A stretch of 53,813 bases of DNA from Clostridia bacterium. Its GTDB lineage: Bacteria; Bacillota; Clostridia; Oscillospirales; CAG-272. The stretch lies in contig JAFSSK010000128.1 of assembly GCA_017451045.1 (NCBI GenBank), positions 1 to 53,813 on the forward strand, read 5' to 3'. Made by a program: the position numbers and the translations under genes. Below the pieces are notes generated by a model. That model worked only from the letters and a program-made list of their open reading frames with translations, was not told the DNA's origin and searched no databases. Positions 9,578-17,825 of this stretch are shown here, one piece after another (positions within the stretch are counted from its first letter, which is position 1; every line of letters begins with the position of its first letter).

Positions 9578-10269
9578 GACTCGACCCCGTTGCCTCCTTC
9601 CTCCTGAAGATCTCCGCTTTGCGCGCCCTGCGCCTCGACGATACCGTCAGCGGCAATCGTTCCGCGGGACAGCGTGAGGACCCGGCATCCGGGACGGATG
9701 TTCTCCGGGGAGGACATGGTCATGATCAGGGTCCGCCCCTCGCACAGACTGTCGAGCATCTGCCAGAGCGCTTTTGCTCCTTCGGGATCAAGACCGTCAA
9801 ACGGCTCGTCCAGAAGGACGATCTCCGTCCGTCCTGCAAACGCCTGCGCACACCTGACCATCGCCAGGAACGGCTGGCCGAGGTTGCGGATCTGCCTTGT
9901 CCAGACAGAAGACAGTTCTGTCATCTCAAGGAACGTCCGCACAGACACGGCGCCGGCTCCTCTGGCTTCCGCTGCAAACGTCAGGTATTCGCGCACCGTC
10001 ATGCCGGGATACGGCAAGGGACCCTGCGGCGCGTAGCCGACCAGGGGCTTCGCCCTTTGGGCGTCCTTGACGATGTCAAGGCCATTGATGCTGACGGATC
10101 CCTCGTCGGGGTCGACGCAGCCGGCCATGAGCTGCAGAAGCGCCGTATTGCATTCTTGCGCAGGACCCAGCAGGCATACCGTTTCACCGCTCGGGATCTG
10201 CACGGTGATATGATCGACAGAGGCCGTTTCCGGCCTGCCGGTTTTTGTAAGACCGGTGAGTTTGATCAT
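9574..10269 (-). CDS. ABC ATP-binding protein with degenerate catalytic motifs
   Basis: ABC scaffold (VGYAPQ, MTVREYL, LLDEPFDGLDP) but Walker A reads GPAQECNT; 4-nt overlap with permease. Confidence 0.8.
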   Translation of the reverse strand: MIKLTGLTKTGRPETASVDHITVQIPSGETVCLLGPAQECNTALLQLMAGCVDPDEGSVSINGLDIVKDAQRAKPLVGYAPQGPLPYPGMTVREYLTFAAEARGAGAVSVRTFLEMTELSSVWTRQIRNLGQPFLAMVRCAQAFAGRTEIVLLDEPFDGLDPEGAKALWQMLDSLCEGRTLIMTMSSPENIRPGCRVLTLSRGTIAADGIVEAQGAQSGDLQEEGGNGVES

Positions 10270-10296
10270 GAAAAACCTCTTTGTGAAAAAGATTAC

Positions 10297-12111
10297 TCAA
10301 TTGAATTGGGACAGGTACAGGGAGCTGTAGAAGCCCTTTGATGCCAGGAGCTGCTCGTGCGTTCCGGACTCCAGGATCGAACCGTCGCGCAAAACCAGGA
10401 TCATGTCCGCATTCTGCACGGTGGACAGCCGGTGCGCGATCACAAAGCATGTCCTGTGCGCCATCAGCGCGTGCATGGCCGACTGGATCTGCTGCTCGGT
10501 CTTGGAGTCGACGTTTGACGTCGCTTCGTCCAAAATCAGCATCGGAGACGTCGCCAGCATGGCGCGCGCGATGGTGATCAACTGCTTCTGGCCTTTCGAA
10601 ATGTTGATGCCGTCGTCGGAAAGGACCGTCTGATAGCCTTGCGGGAGCGAAAGGATGAACTCGTGGATCTTTGCGGCTTTGGCCGCGTTCTCGACTTCCT
10701 CATCTGTCGCGCCCGGTTTCGCGTAGGCAATGTTCTCACGGACGGTCCCGCAGAACAGCCATGTGTCCTGAAGGACCATGGTATAGGCCGCCCGCATGCT
10801 GTCCCTTGTCAGCCTGCGGATGTTTTTCCCGTCTATGCAGATCTTGCCGGTCTGCGGATCGTAAAACCGCATCAGCAGGTTGATGATGGTGCTTTTCCCT
10901 GCGCCCGTCGGGCCTACGATGGCGATCGTCTGGCCGGGATCTGCGTGGAGGGAAAGATCTTTCAGTACGATCTTCTCCTCTGTGTATCCGAAATTCACAT
11001 GATCGACGGAAACGTCGCCGCTGCATTCCGCAAGGACTTGTGCGTCCGGGCAGTCCTGCGGTTCGGGTCCTTCGTCAAGCAGACGGAAAACGCGTTCCGC
11101 GGCAGCCGTCGCGGACTGCACCTCGTTCATGATGTTGGCAAACTCATTGATTGGGCCGGAGAACTTCCTTGCGTACTGGACGAAGGCAGCCACGTCTCCC
11201 AGTCCGATGCAAAGCAGAAGCGGCCAGGTCTCCGGACGCGTCAGGGTGAGCATGTAGAAGATGCCGCCCAGCGTGGCGATCAGACAGATGGAAAGGTTCG
11301 TGATGAAGTTGACGGCTGGGCCGATGACGGCGCCGTGATAGTCTGCGTCGTAGTAGGCGTTCGTCGCCGTTTCGTTGCGCTCGTCAAACCGGCCAACGAT
11401 CGTGTTCTCCTGTCCGTATGCGCGGATGGTCTTCTGTCCGGACAGCATTTCTTCCGCATAGCCGTTCAGCGCGCCCAGCTTGCCGGAACGCTTGCGGAAA
11501 AACGGCTGGATCTTTTTGACCTTGTAGCGGGTGAAGAGAATGGATATGGGCACCGTGACGAGGAACACGGATACGAGGACCGGAGAGATCGTCAGCATGA
11601 CGACCAGCGAGCCGATGATGGTGACAAGGCTCGCGCATATCTGCAGAAGGTCGTTCGTCAGCGACGCGTTTATGGTATCCACGTCATAGGAGATGCGGCT
11701 GATGATGTCGCCCGTCGCGTGCTTGTCGAAATAGCCTACCGGCAGTTTCATGAGATGCTCGAATATCTCGTGGCGCATGGAGAAGATGATCTTCTGGGAA
11801 AGATGCACCATCAGGATATGAAGCAGGTAGGAAAGAAGGGCTGAGAGCAGGTAGACCGCTCCGAGCAGGATGCAGAAGAACGTGACTGAATCGAAGTCCA
11901 CGGCTCCCGTGCCTAGATTGATGGCGTCGATGGCTTTGCCGGACAGTTTCGGGCCGACGAGCGCAAGGCCGTTGGCGGAAAGCATCAGCAGAAGCGCTGC
12001 GATACAGAGGCCTTTATGCCTGAAAAGATATCTGCAGATGCGCAGGAAGATGCGGGAACGGCCTGACTTCTGCTTGCTTTCAAAAGATTTCTGGTCAGTC
12101 AAGCAGATCAC
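10297..12111 (-). CDS. heterodimeric ABC exporter subunit B (TMD+NBD)
   Basis: GPTGAGKST, ISKGQKQ, ILDEATS, IAHRLST. Confidence 0.92.
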   Translation of the reverse strand: MICLTDQKSFESKQKSGRSRIFLRICRYLFRHKGLCIAALLLMLSANGLALVGPKLSGKAIDAINLGTGAVDFDSVTFFCILLGAVYLLSALLSYLLHILMVHLSQKIIFSMRHEIFEHLMKLPVGYFDKHATGDIISRISYDVDTINASLTNDLLQICASLVTIIGSLVVMLTISPVLVSVFLVTVPISILFTRYKVKKIQPFFRKRSGKLGALNGYAEEMLSGQKTIRAYGQENTIVGRFDERNETATNAYYDADYHGAVIGPAVNFITNLSICLIATLGGIFYMLTLTRPETWPLLLCIGLGDVAAFVQYARKFSGPINEFANIMNEVQSATAAAERVFRLLDEGPEPQDCPDAQVLAECSGDVSVDHVNFGYTEEKIVLKDLSLHADPGQTIAIVGPTGAGKSTIINLLMRFYDPQTGKICIDGKNIRRLTRDSMRAAYTMVLQDTWLFCGTVRENIAYAKPGATDEEVENAAKAAKIHEFILSLPQGYQTVLSDDGINISKGQKQLITIARAMLATSPMLILDEATSNVDSKTEQQIQSAMHALMAHRTCFVIAHRLSTVQNADMILVLRDGSILESGTHEQLLASKGFYSSLYLSQFN

Positions 12112-13825
12112 CTCCCATCTGGGAGTGGCTGATCTCCGCGTATTCGGGACATGTCCGCATCAGCGTCTCGTGGTCTCCCTGGCCGATGACTTTCCCGGAT
12201 TCAAGAACCAGTATCGTCGCGCAACTCTTCACGGAGCTGACGCGCTGGGCGATGATCACGGAAGTGGTACCCGGATAGTCCTGCGCAAGCGCCTGGCGGA
12301 GCCTTGCGTCCGTCTGGTAGTCCAGAGCGCTGGACGCATCGTCCAGGATGAGGATCGACGGATCCCCGGCCAGTGCCCTGGCGATCAGGATCCTTTGACG
12401 CTGGCCGCCGCTGACGTTCGTCCCCTTGAAGGTCAGCTCGCGGGCATAGGATTCGGGAAACGATTCGATGAACTCGTCGGCCTGGGCGGTGCGGCAGCAT
12501 GCAGTGATCCGCTCGTGGGGGATGTCCCGGCCGAACGAGATGTTCTCCTCGATGGTATCGTTGAAAATGAAGCCGTTCTGCATGACCGCTCCGAATGTCG
12601 CGGACAGTTCGTCGAGCGGGATCGTCCGGATGTCCCGGCCGTTTATGAAGATCCGGCCCTGCGTCGGGTCATAGAAACGCATGAGCAAAAGAGCAACGGT
12701 GCTTTTGCCGCTCCCGGTCGGCCCGATGATGCCCAGGGACTTGCCGGAAGGGATATGAAAGGTCAGATGGCTTATGTTGTCGCGGACGCCGTTATAGGAA
12801 AAGGAAACATCGTCGAAATAGATGCCGTCCGCGGGAATGCCTTCCGATGCGGGGACTTCGTCCTGCGGCAGAACGGAAACGTCCGGTTCCAGGTTGATGA
12901 TCTCCTCGATCCTTCTGGCGGAAGCGACGCCTTTGGAATACTGCACGAACAGCCGCGTAACGGCCAGCATGGCGTTGGTGATCAGCGTGAAATACTGGAT
13001 GAACGCGACGATCCTGCCGGGCTGGGAAGCGGATCTGTTGACGAGCACCGCGCCTATGACAATAACGCCGACAAGACCGATGTTTAGAAGAAGGGTGATC
13101 AGCGGATTGCTAAGCGCCATGGTGTATCCGGCTTTTTTTTCGGACGCGACGAGCGCTTTGTTGGCGGTCTCGAAACGGGCCCTCTCGTCATCTGTCCGAG
13201 ACAGCGCATTGATGACGCGTATGCCCTGGGCGTCTTCCCGGACGATCCGGATCATATTGTCGTTGGATCTCTGGACACGCGTATACAGCGGGATGCCTTT
13301 TGCCGAGATGACGCCGATGACGAGACAGATGAGCGGCAGCGTCGCCATCATGACGAGCGTCAGCGTGCGGTCCAGCATCCAGGTCACGATCAGGCCGCCT
13401 ATCATGAGAAGCGGCGCGCGGACGCCGAGGCGCTGCATCATACCGACGAAGTGGTGGACGTTATAGGTGTCCGTCGTCAGTCTGGATTCAAGAGAAGGAA
13501 CGGTGATCCTGTCGATCTGCGAGGAGGACAGGCTGAGCGTTTTCTTGAAAAGGTCGTGCCTGATCACGCGGGAGGATTCTTTCGCGACCCGCGCGGCCAT
13601 TCTGTTCGCGATGACATTGAAGATCAGCGCGAACAGGGCGCAGGCCAGCATGATCCCGCCCCAGACGAGGACCTGACTGATCTGGCCTCCCGGGACCACG
13701 TTGTCCAGGATGTGGCTCAGGATGTAGGGAAGGGTCAGCTCGATCAGCGAACCTGTGGCTTTGATGAAAAGGCCGAGTGCCATCCAGCCGTAAAACGGTT
13801 TGAGATAATGTGCTAGGAATCTCAT
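12095..13825 (-). CDS. heterodimeric ABC exporter subunit A (TMD+NBD, degenerate site)
   Basis: GPTGSGKST, VSGGQRQR, ILDDASSALD, IIAQR. Confidence 0.92.
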   Translation of the reverse strand: MRFLAHYLKPFYGWMALGLFIKATGSLIELTLPYILSHILDNVVPGGQISQVLVWGGIMLACALFALIFNVIANRMAARVAKESSRVIRHDLFKKTLSLSSSQIDRITVPSLESRLTTDTYNVHHFVGMMQRLGVRAPLLMIGGLIVTWMLDRTLTLVMMATLPLICLVIGVISAKGIPLYTRVQRSNDNMIRIVREDAQGIRVINALSRTDDERARFETANKALVASEKKAGYTMALSNPLITLLLNIGLVGVIVIGAVLVNRSASQPGRIVAFIQYFTLITNAMLAVTRLFVQYSKGVASARRIEEIINLEPDVSVLPQDEVPASEGIPADGIYFDDVSFSYNGVRDNISHLTFHIPSGKSLGIIGPTGSGKSTVALLLMRFYDPTQGRIFINGRDIRTIPLDELSATFGAVMQNGFIFNDTIEENISFGRDIPHERITACCRTAQADEFIESFPESYARELTFKGTNVSGGQRQRILIARALAGDPSILILDDASSALDYQTDARLRQALAQDYPGTTSVIIAQRVSSVKSCATILVLESGKVIGQGDHETLMRTCPEYAEISHSQMGGDLLD

Positions 13826-13890
13826 AAATTACCCCGGAGTCAAAATTGAATTCCAAACAGTGCGAAGGGGAGAAATATTCCGCCGTTCGG

Positions 13891-14223
13891 TCAGCGGTAA
13901 TATACGTAATAGACGACGAGCGTCCTGACGGCGCCGCCGTTTTCCAGATCGGGTCCTGTGAGCACGACGCCGTCCCCGGACAAAAGGTCCCAGGCCTCAA
14001 GTTCCGTGATGCGGCACCGGAAAAGGACAGTCCCGGACGCGAACACGAGCAGGCAGTCGTCCTTGATGTTGAGACCTCCGTCCTTGCCGATGACGTCGTC
14101 GTTGCCGTTGCGGTTTTCGGTGACGTACCGGATATGATGCTTGCAGATCCTTTGCGCCATATCCAGCCTGTACCTCGGACTGGAGGGGTTCTTGCTTTTG
14201 AACAGTTTCGAGAAAATGCTCAT
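13891..14223 (-). CDS. hypothetical protein, 110 aa, beta-rich
   Basis: ATGA overlap with upstream gene, GGGAGG RBS, operon context; no motif recognised. Confidence 0.75.
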   Translation of the reverse strand: MSIFSKLFKSKNPSSPRYRLDMAQRICKHHIRYVTENRNGNDDVIGKDGGLNIKDDCLLVFASGTVLFRCRITELEAWDLLSGDGVVLTGPDLENGGAVRTLVVYYVYYR

Positions 14224-15398
14224 GACCGGTCCTCCCGCTGCCCCAGCAGGAAGGCCCGTGCCGCCTCATACTGTTCCTGCGCGCGCCTGCGCTTGAGCGA
14301 GGCTGGGTCGAACTTGCGGCTGCGCACGGCGCGGAGAAGGATGTTCTTCGGCGTTTCTTCCGGATCGACAAGTTCAAGCGCTTCAACGGAGTAGCCGTTG
14401 GATTCGAGATACTTGAGACGGAGGGCGTCCGTGGCAGCCTCGCAGAATTTCTGGCGGAGCATGGAATAGCCGGAAAGGAATTCCAGTTCGCGGCAGTTCA
14501 GCGTCCGGTTGAGCTCATGGTGACAGCACGGGGTGGACAGGATGACGTCCGCAGACCAAAAAACGCCTTTATGCAGCACCAGGTCCGTTGCCGTGTCGCA
14601 GGCATGCAGCGAGACGACCATGTGGACGTGACCGTCCGGTTCATATGCGGAAACGTCGGCCGCGATAAAGCGCAGACCGGCAAAGCCCGCCTTTGCCGCG
14701 ACCTCGTTACAGTAGGCGATGACGTCCTTTTTCAGGTCAACGCCCGTCATGGTGACGTCCCGGTGCAGGATGTTCGCAAAATAATGGTAGACGGCAAACG
14801 ACAGATAGCTTTTCCCGCAGCAGAGATCGCAGATCTGCAGAGGCCCCTCTGCGGGCAGTTCTTTCGATGCGTCCCGGACGTATTCCAGAAACCGGTTGAT
14901 CTGGCGGAATTTGGCCTGCTTCTTGTCATGGACGCGGCCGGAGCTGTCCGATATCCCGAGCGCCTGTAAAAACGGCTCCTCTCCCGTGAGCAGATAGTCC
15001 TTGACGCGGTTGTGGGCCGGCTGCTCCGGAGAGCCTTCCTGCGCATTCAGCGCCTTATCAAGCTGCTGCGCGCCGGACAGCATGGTGTTGCCGGAGCGGG
15101 AACGTTTGAACTCGCACTGGCCTGCGTCGGTGAACAGATCTGCCTGGAGCCAGCCGTCCATGCGGGCGAGCAGTTCGCCGGCCGTATTCTCGTCTGCCAG
15201 GTCGTAGTTTTTATGGAGGACTTTATTGTCTGTCTGATAAAGCGATGCCTGGACCGCCTGCCGGCCGCGGATCGCGCATGGCGTCAGGACCATCCGGACG
15301 TGCGCGGCTTCCACGGGTTTTGAGAAGACCGCCTTCTTCAGCATATTCTTCCTTGCGGCAAGCAGGAGCAGGGAAACGAACGATTCACTTTTTGTCAT
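14220..15398 (-). CDS. class I SAM-dependent methyltransferase (Methyltransf_32-like)
   Basis: KFRQINRFLE, DLCCGKSYLSF, SLHACDTATD, TPCCHHE, TPKN. Confidence 0.85.
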   Translation of the reverse strand: MTKSESFVSLLLLAARKNMLKKAVFSKPVEAAHVRMVLTPCAIRGRQAVQASLYQTDNKVLHKNYDLADENTAGELLARMDGWLQADLFTDAGQCEFKRSRSGNTMLSGAQQLDKALNAQEGSPEQPAHNRVKDYLLTGEEPFLQALGISDSSGRVHDKKQAKFRQINRFLEYVRDASKELPAEGPLQICDLCCGKSYLSFAVYHYFANILHRDVTMTGVDLKKDVIAYCNEVAAKAGFAGLRFIAADVSAYEPDGHVHMVVSLHACDTATDLVLHKGVFWSADVILSTPCCHHELNRTLNCRELEFLSGYSMLRQKFCEAATDALRLKYLESNGYSVEALELVDPEETPKNILLRAVRSRKFDPASLKRRRAQEQYEAARAFLLGQREDRS

Positions 15399-16155
15399 CG
15401 TCAGTACCGTCGCTTTCCGGACCGTTCTTCGGTTCCTTCTTCTCGTCTGCCGAAACGGTCCCGGCCTCCTCACGCTTGCGCAGGTATGTCTTTGTCTCCT
15501 GCCCGTGATACAGCCGCTTGATGTTGGCCCGGTGCATGAAGACGATGAATCCTGCCGTCAACACGGCCATGATCACGTTGACTCCCGGTCCGTTCATCGC
15601 GTTGAGGATCAGCGGATAGAGCAGGGCGGTCATGACGGAAGCCAGGGAAACGTAATGCGAGCCGAGGAAAATGATGATAAAGACGGCAAGAAGGATGGCC
15701 GCCACGATCGGCGAGATGACGATAATGGCGCCGAGCGTTGTCGCGACGCCCTTGCCACCCTTGAATTTGAAAAACAGAGGGAACATATGCCCCAGCACCA
15801 CGAAGAAACCTGCGATGTAAGCGCCGTTGACGCTCGCGAGCAGGGCGCCCAGGATGACGGCCGCCATGCCTTTCAGGATATCAAGCGCCAGCGTGAGGGC
15901 CGCGGTCTTCTTGCCGTATACGCGGAGCATGTTGGTGGTCCCGGCGTTCCCGCTGCCGTGGTTCCGGATGTCGTCGTGATAGATGCGTCTGGACAGCAGG
16001 ATGCCGAAGTTGACGCTTCCAAGGAGATAGGCCACGGCGATACTGGTAATGATCCCCAGAAAGATCATGGCTGTCCTTCCGGCGGAGTTGTCCGCGAAGA
16101 AAGTGTCTCTCAGATATGGGAACAGAGCGGGGAACTGTCTGTATACTTCTCCCAT
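15385..16155 (-). CDS. plsY: glycerol-3-phosphate acyltransferase PlsY
   Basis: AYLLGS, GSGNAGTTN, DILKG, GHMFP..FKGGKGVAT, HRANI.RL. Confidence 0.95.
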   Translation of the reverse strand: MGEVYRQFPALFPYLRDTFFADNSAGRTAMIFLGIITSIAVAYLLGSVNFGILLSRRIYHDDIRNHGSGNAGTTNMLRVYGKKTAALTLALDILKGMAAVILGALLASVNGAYIAGFFVVLGHMFPLFFKFKGGKGVATTLGAIIVISPIVAAILLAVFIIIFLGSHYVSLASVMTALLYPLILNAMNGPGVNVIMAVLTAGFIVFMHRANIKRLYHGQETKTYLRKREEAGTVSADEKKEPKNGPESDGTDDDKK

Positions 16156-16157
16156 GG

Positions 16158-17042
16158 TTATCCTCCTTGCTGATTGGTTTTTTTGCCGGACTGATCAAGG
16201 TAGCACTGCTTGAGGAGCAGCGCGTCGTCTGTCTGCGTGCCGGCGGATTCGCATATGACCGTCGGGCAGAGTCCGTTCTGTGCGATGGCGCAGGCGAAAG
16301 GCTCGTAAGGCGGTCCGTACTGATTGTCTGCGAACGTCAGGTGCCGTTTCTCTCCGGCTTCGGTGTATTCTATCTTGGAAAAATGGCAGTGCATATATCT
16401 GGCCGTTTCGTCTCCCAGTGCAAGGGCGATCCGCTCAAAGACGCGAGTGTAGTCGTCCGGCACGGCGAAACAACCGTTTTCTCTGGCGTTCAGGTGCCCG
16501 AAATCGACGACTGGAACGAACAGATCCGGGCAGACGAGGCACTGTTCGATGACCTCGTCCACCGTCCCGAGCTGATTGATCTTTCCCATCGTTTCGATGC
16601 CGATCTTTAACCCGTTGGGGACGGACAGCGACGCTATGCGGACGAGCATGTCCAGCGAACGTTTCATGGCGTCCCGGCGGTCCGCTTTTCCCGCCCCGCC
16701 GCTGTGCACGACGATCGTTCTGGCCCCGACCGCCTCCGCGGCCTGAAGGGACTCCGTGATGATCCGCAGATTCTGCTCCTGCGTTTCCGGACTTTCCGAG
16801 GACAGGGAAATGAAATAAGGCGCGTGTAAAGACATGTGTATGCCGTTCTTACGGGCTTCGTCTCCGACGGCCTGGAGTATGGAAAGATTGCGCGGGACCC
16901 CTCTGCCCGCCTCATATTCGTAAGCGTCGAGACCGTTCGAACGGACCCATGCCGGCGCCTGCTGTGAGTTTTTGTTCCCTTCGAGAGCGAACCTGTCGCA
17001 GTTCCCGCCGGGCCCGAACAGGGCTTTATTGGTGCCGTCCAT
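16158..17042 (-). CDS. endonuclease IV-like TIM-barrel protein
   Basis: FGPGGN, SLHAPYFISL, IETMGKINQLG, DFGH, HCHFSKIEY, ICES; AGGAG RBS before ATG 17042. Confidence 0.85.
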   Translation of the reverse strand: MDGTNKALFGPGGNCDRFALEGNKNSQQAPAWVRSNGLDAYEYEAGRGVPRNLSILQAVGDEARKNGIHMSLHAPYFISLSSESPETQEQNLRIITESLQAAEAVGARTIVVHSGGAGKADRRDAMKRSLDMLVRIASLSVPNGLKIGIETMGKINQLGTVDEVIEQCLVCPDLFVPVVDFGHLNARENGCFAVPDDYTRVFERIALALGDETARYMHCHFSKIEYTEAGEKRHLTFADNQYGPPYEPFACAIAQNGLCPTVICESAGTQTDDALLLKQCYLDQSGKKTNQQGG

Positions 17043-17044
17043 AG

Positions 17045-17551
17045 TCAGTCTCCTTTTTGGTGCTTGCGTTTGTAGCGGCGGATGACTGGCTTTTCCAGCC
17101 ACCGCTTGAAACGGAAGAAAAGAGTGGTTTTGTCTTTGATCGGCGGAACGATGATAGCTTTGAGCCCGATGTGCTTGCCTGCCAGGGCGTCGGTGAGCAG
17201 CTGATCGCCCAGAACAGCCGTTTCTTCTTTCGTGACGCCGAGCTGGCGCATGGCGATCTTCAGGTGCTTTGCAAACGGTTTGTGACTGTCCGGGAAGACA
17301 GGCAGACCGAGTTTTTGGTTGAACAACGTGATACGGTCGGCGTGGTTGTTGGACACGAGCGCCGCCTTGACGCCTGCGTCCGCCAGCTGACCCAACCACC
17401 GGATGATCTGTTCGTCCGGCTCCGGCATCTCGTAAGGGGCAAGCGTGTTGTCGATGTCGATCAGCAAAGCCCTGATCCCGGCGTCCGCAAGGAACGCCGG
17501 CGTTATATCATAGTAATGGTCGAACATATAGTCGGGCATCAGCCAACCCAT
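17045..17551 (-). CDS. yqeG: YqeG-family HAD IIIA phosphatase
   Basis: DIDNTL, VSNN, KP, GDQLLTD. Confidence 0.9.
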   Translation of the reverse strand: MGWLMPDYMFDHYYDITPAFLADAGIRALLIDIDNTLAPYEMPEPDEQIIRWLGQLADAGVKAALVSNNHADRITLFNQKLGLPVFPDSHKPFAKHLKIAMRQLGVTKEETAVLGDQLLTDALAGKHIGLKAIIVPPIKDKTTLFFRFKRWLEKPVIRRYKRKHQKGD

Positions 17552-17759
17552 AGCAACCTCCGTACATCAGAAAGGTGTGATCAAAGAATGTCCGGGAACC
17601 AGTGCGCGATATTGACCCTGCACGGCTCGCAGGGGACGGATGCCTGCTCCGCTCCAAACTATAATCAAAGTTATTATAACATATTTTTTATTTCAGCGGG
17701 GCTGTTTTTTGAAAAAGATGATCCGCGTACGGGATTGGCGGCTTACTCGTGTGTTTTCC

Positions 17760-17787
17760 TTGACTTTTCCAAATAATAAAGTATAAT
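17760..17787 (+). promoter_or_regulatory. sigma-A promoter of glycyl radical enzyme operon
   Basis: TTGACT-16 nt-TATAAT; GGAGGT RBS before ATG 17826. Confidence 0.7.
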
Positions 17788-17825
17788 TGCAAGTAGAAAA
17801 AAACGCATCGCTCGGAGGTGCTCAT

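Noticed and set aside
10297-13825. Degenerate motifs (DD, AQR, ISKGQ) in the ABC exporter pair
   Set aside because: Normal asymmetry of TmrAB/LmrCD-type heterodimers; not novel
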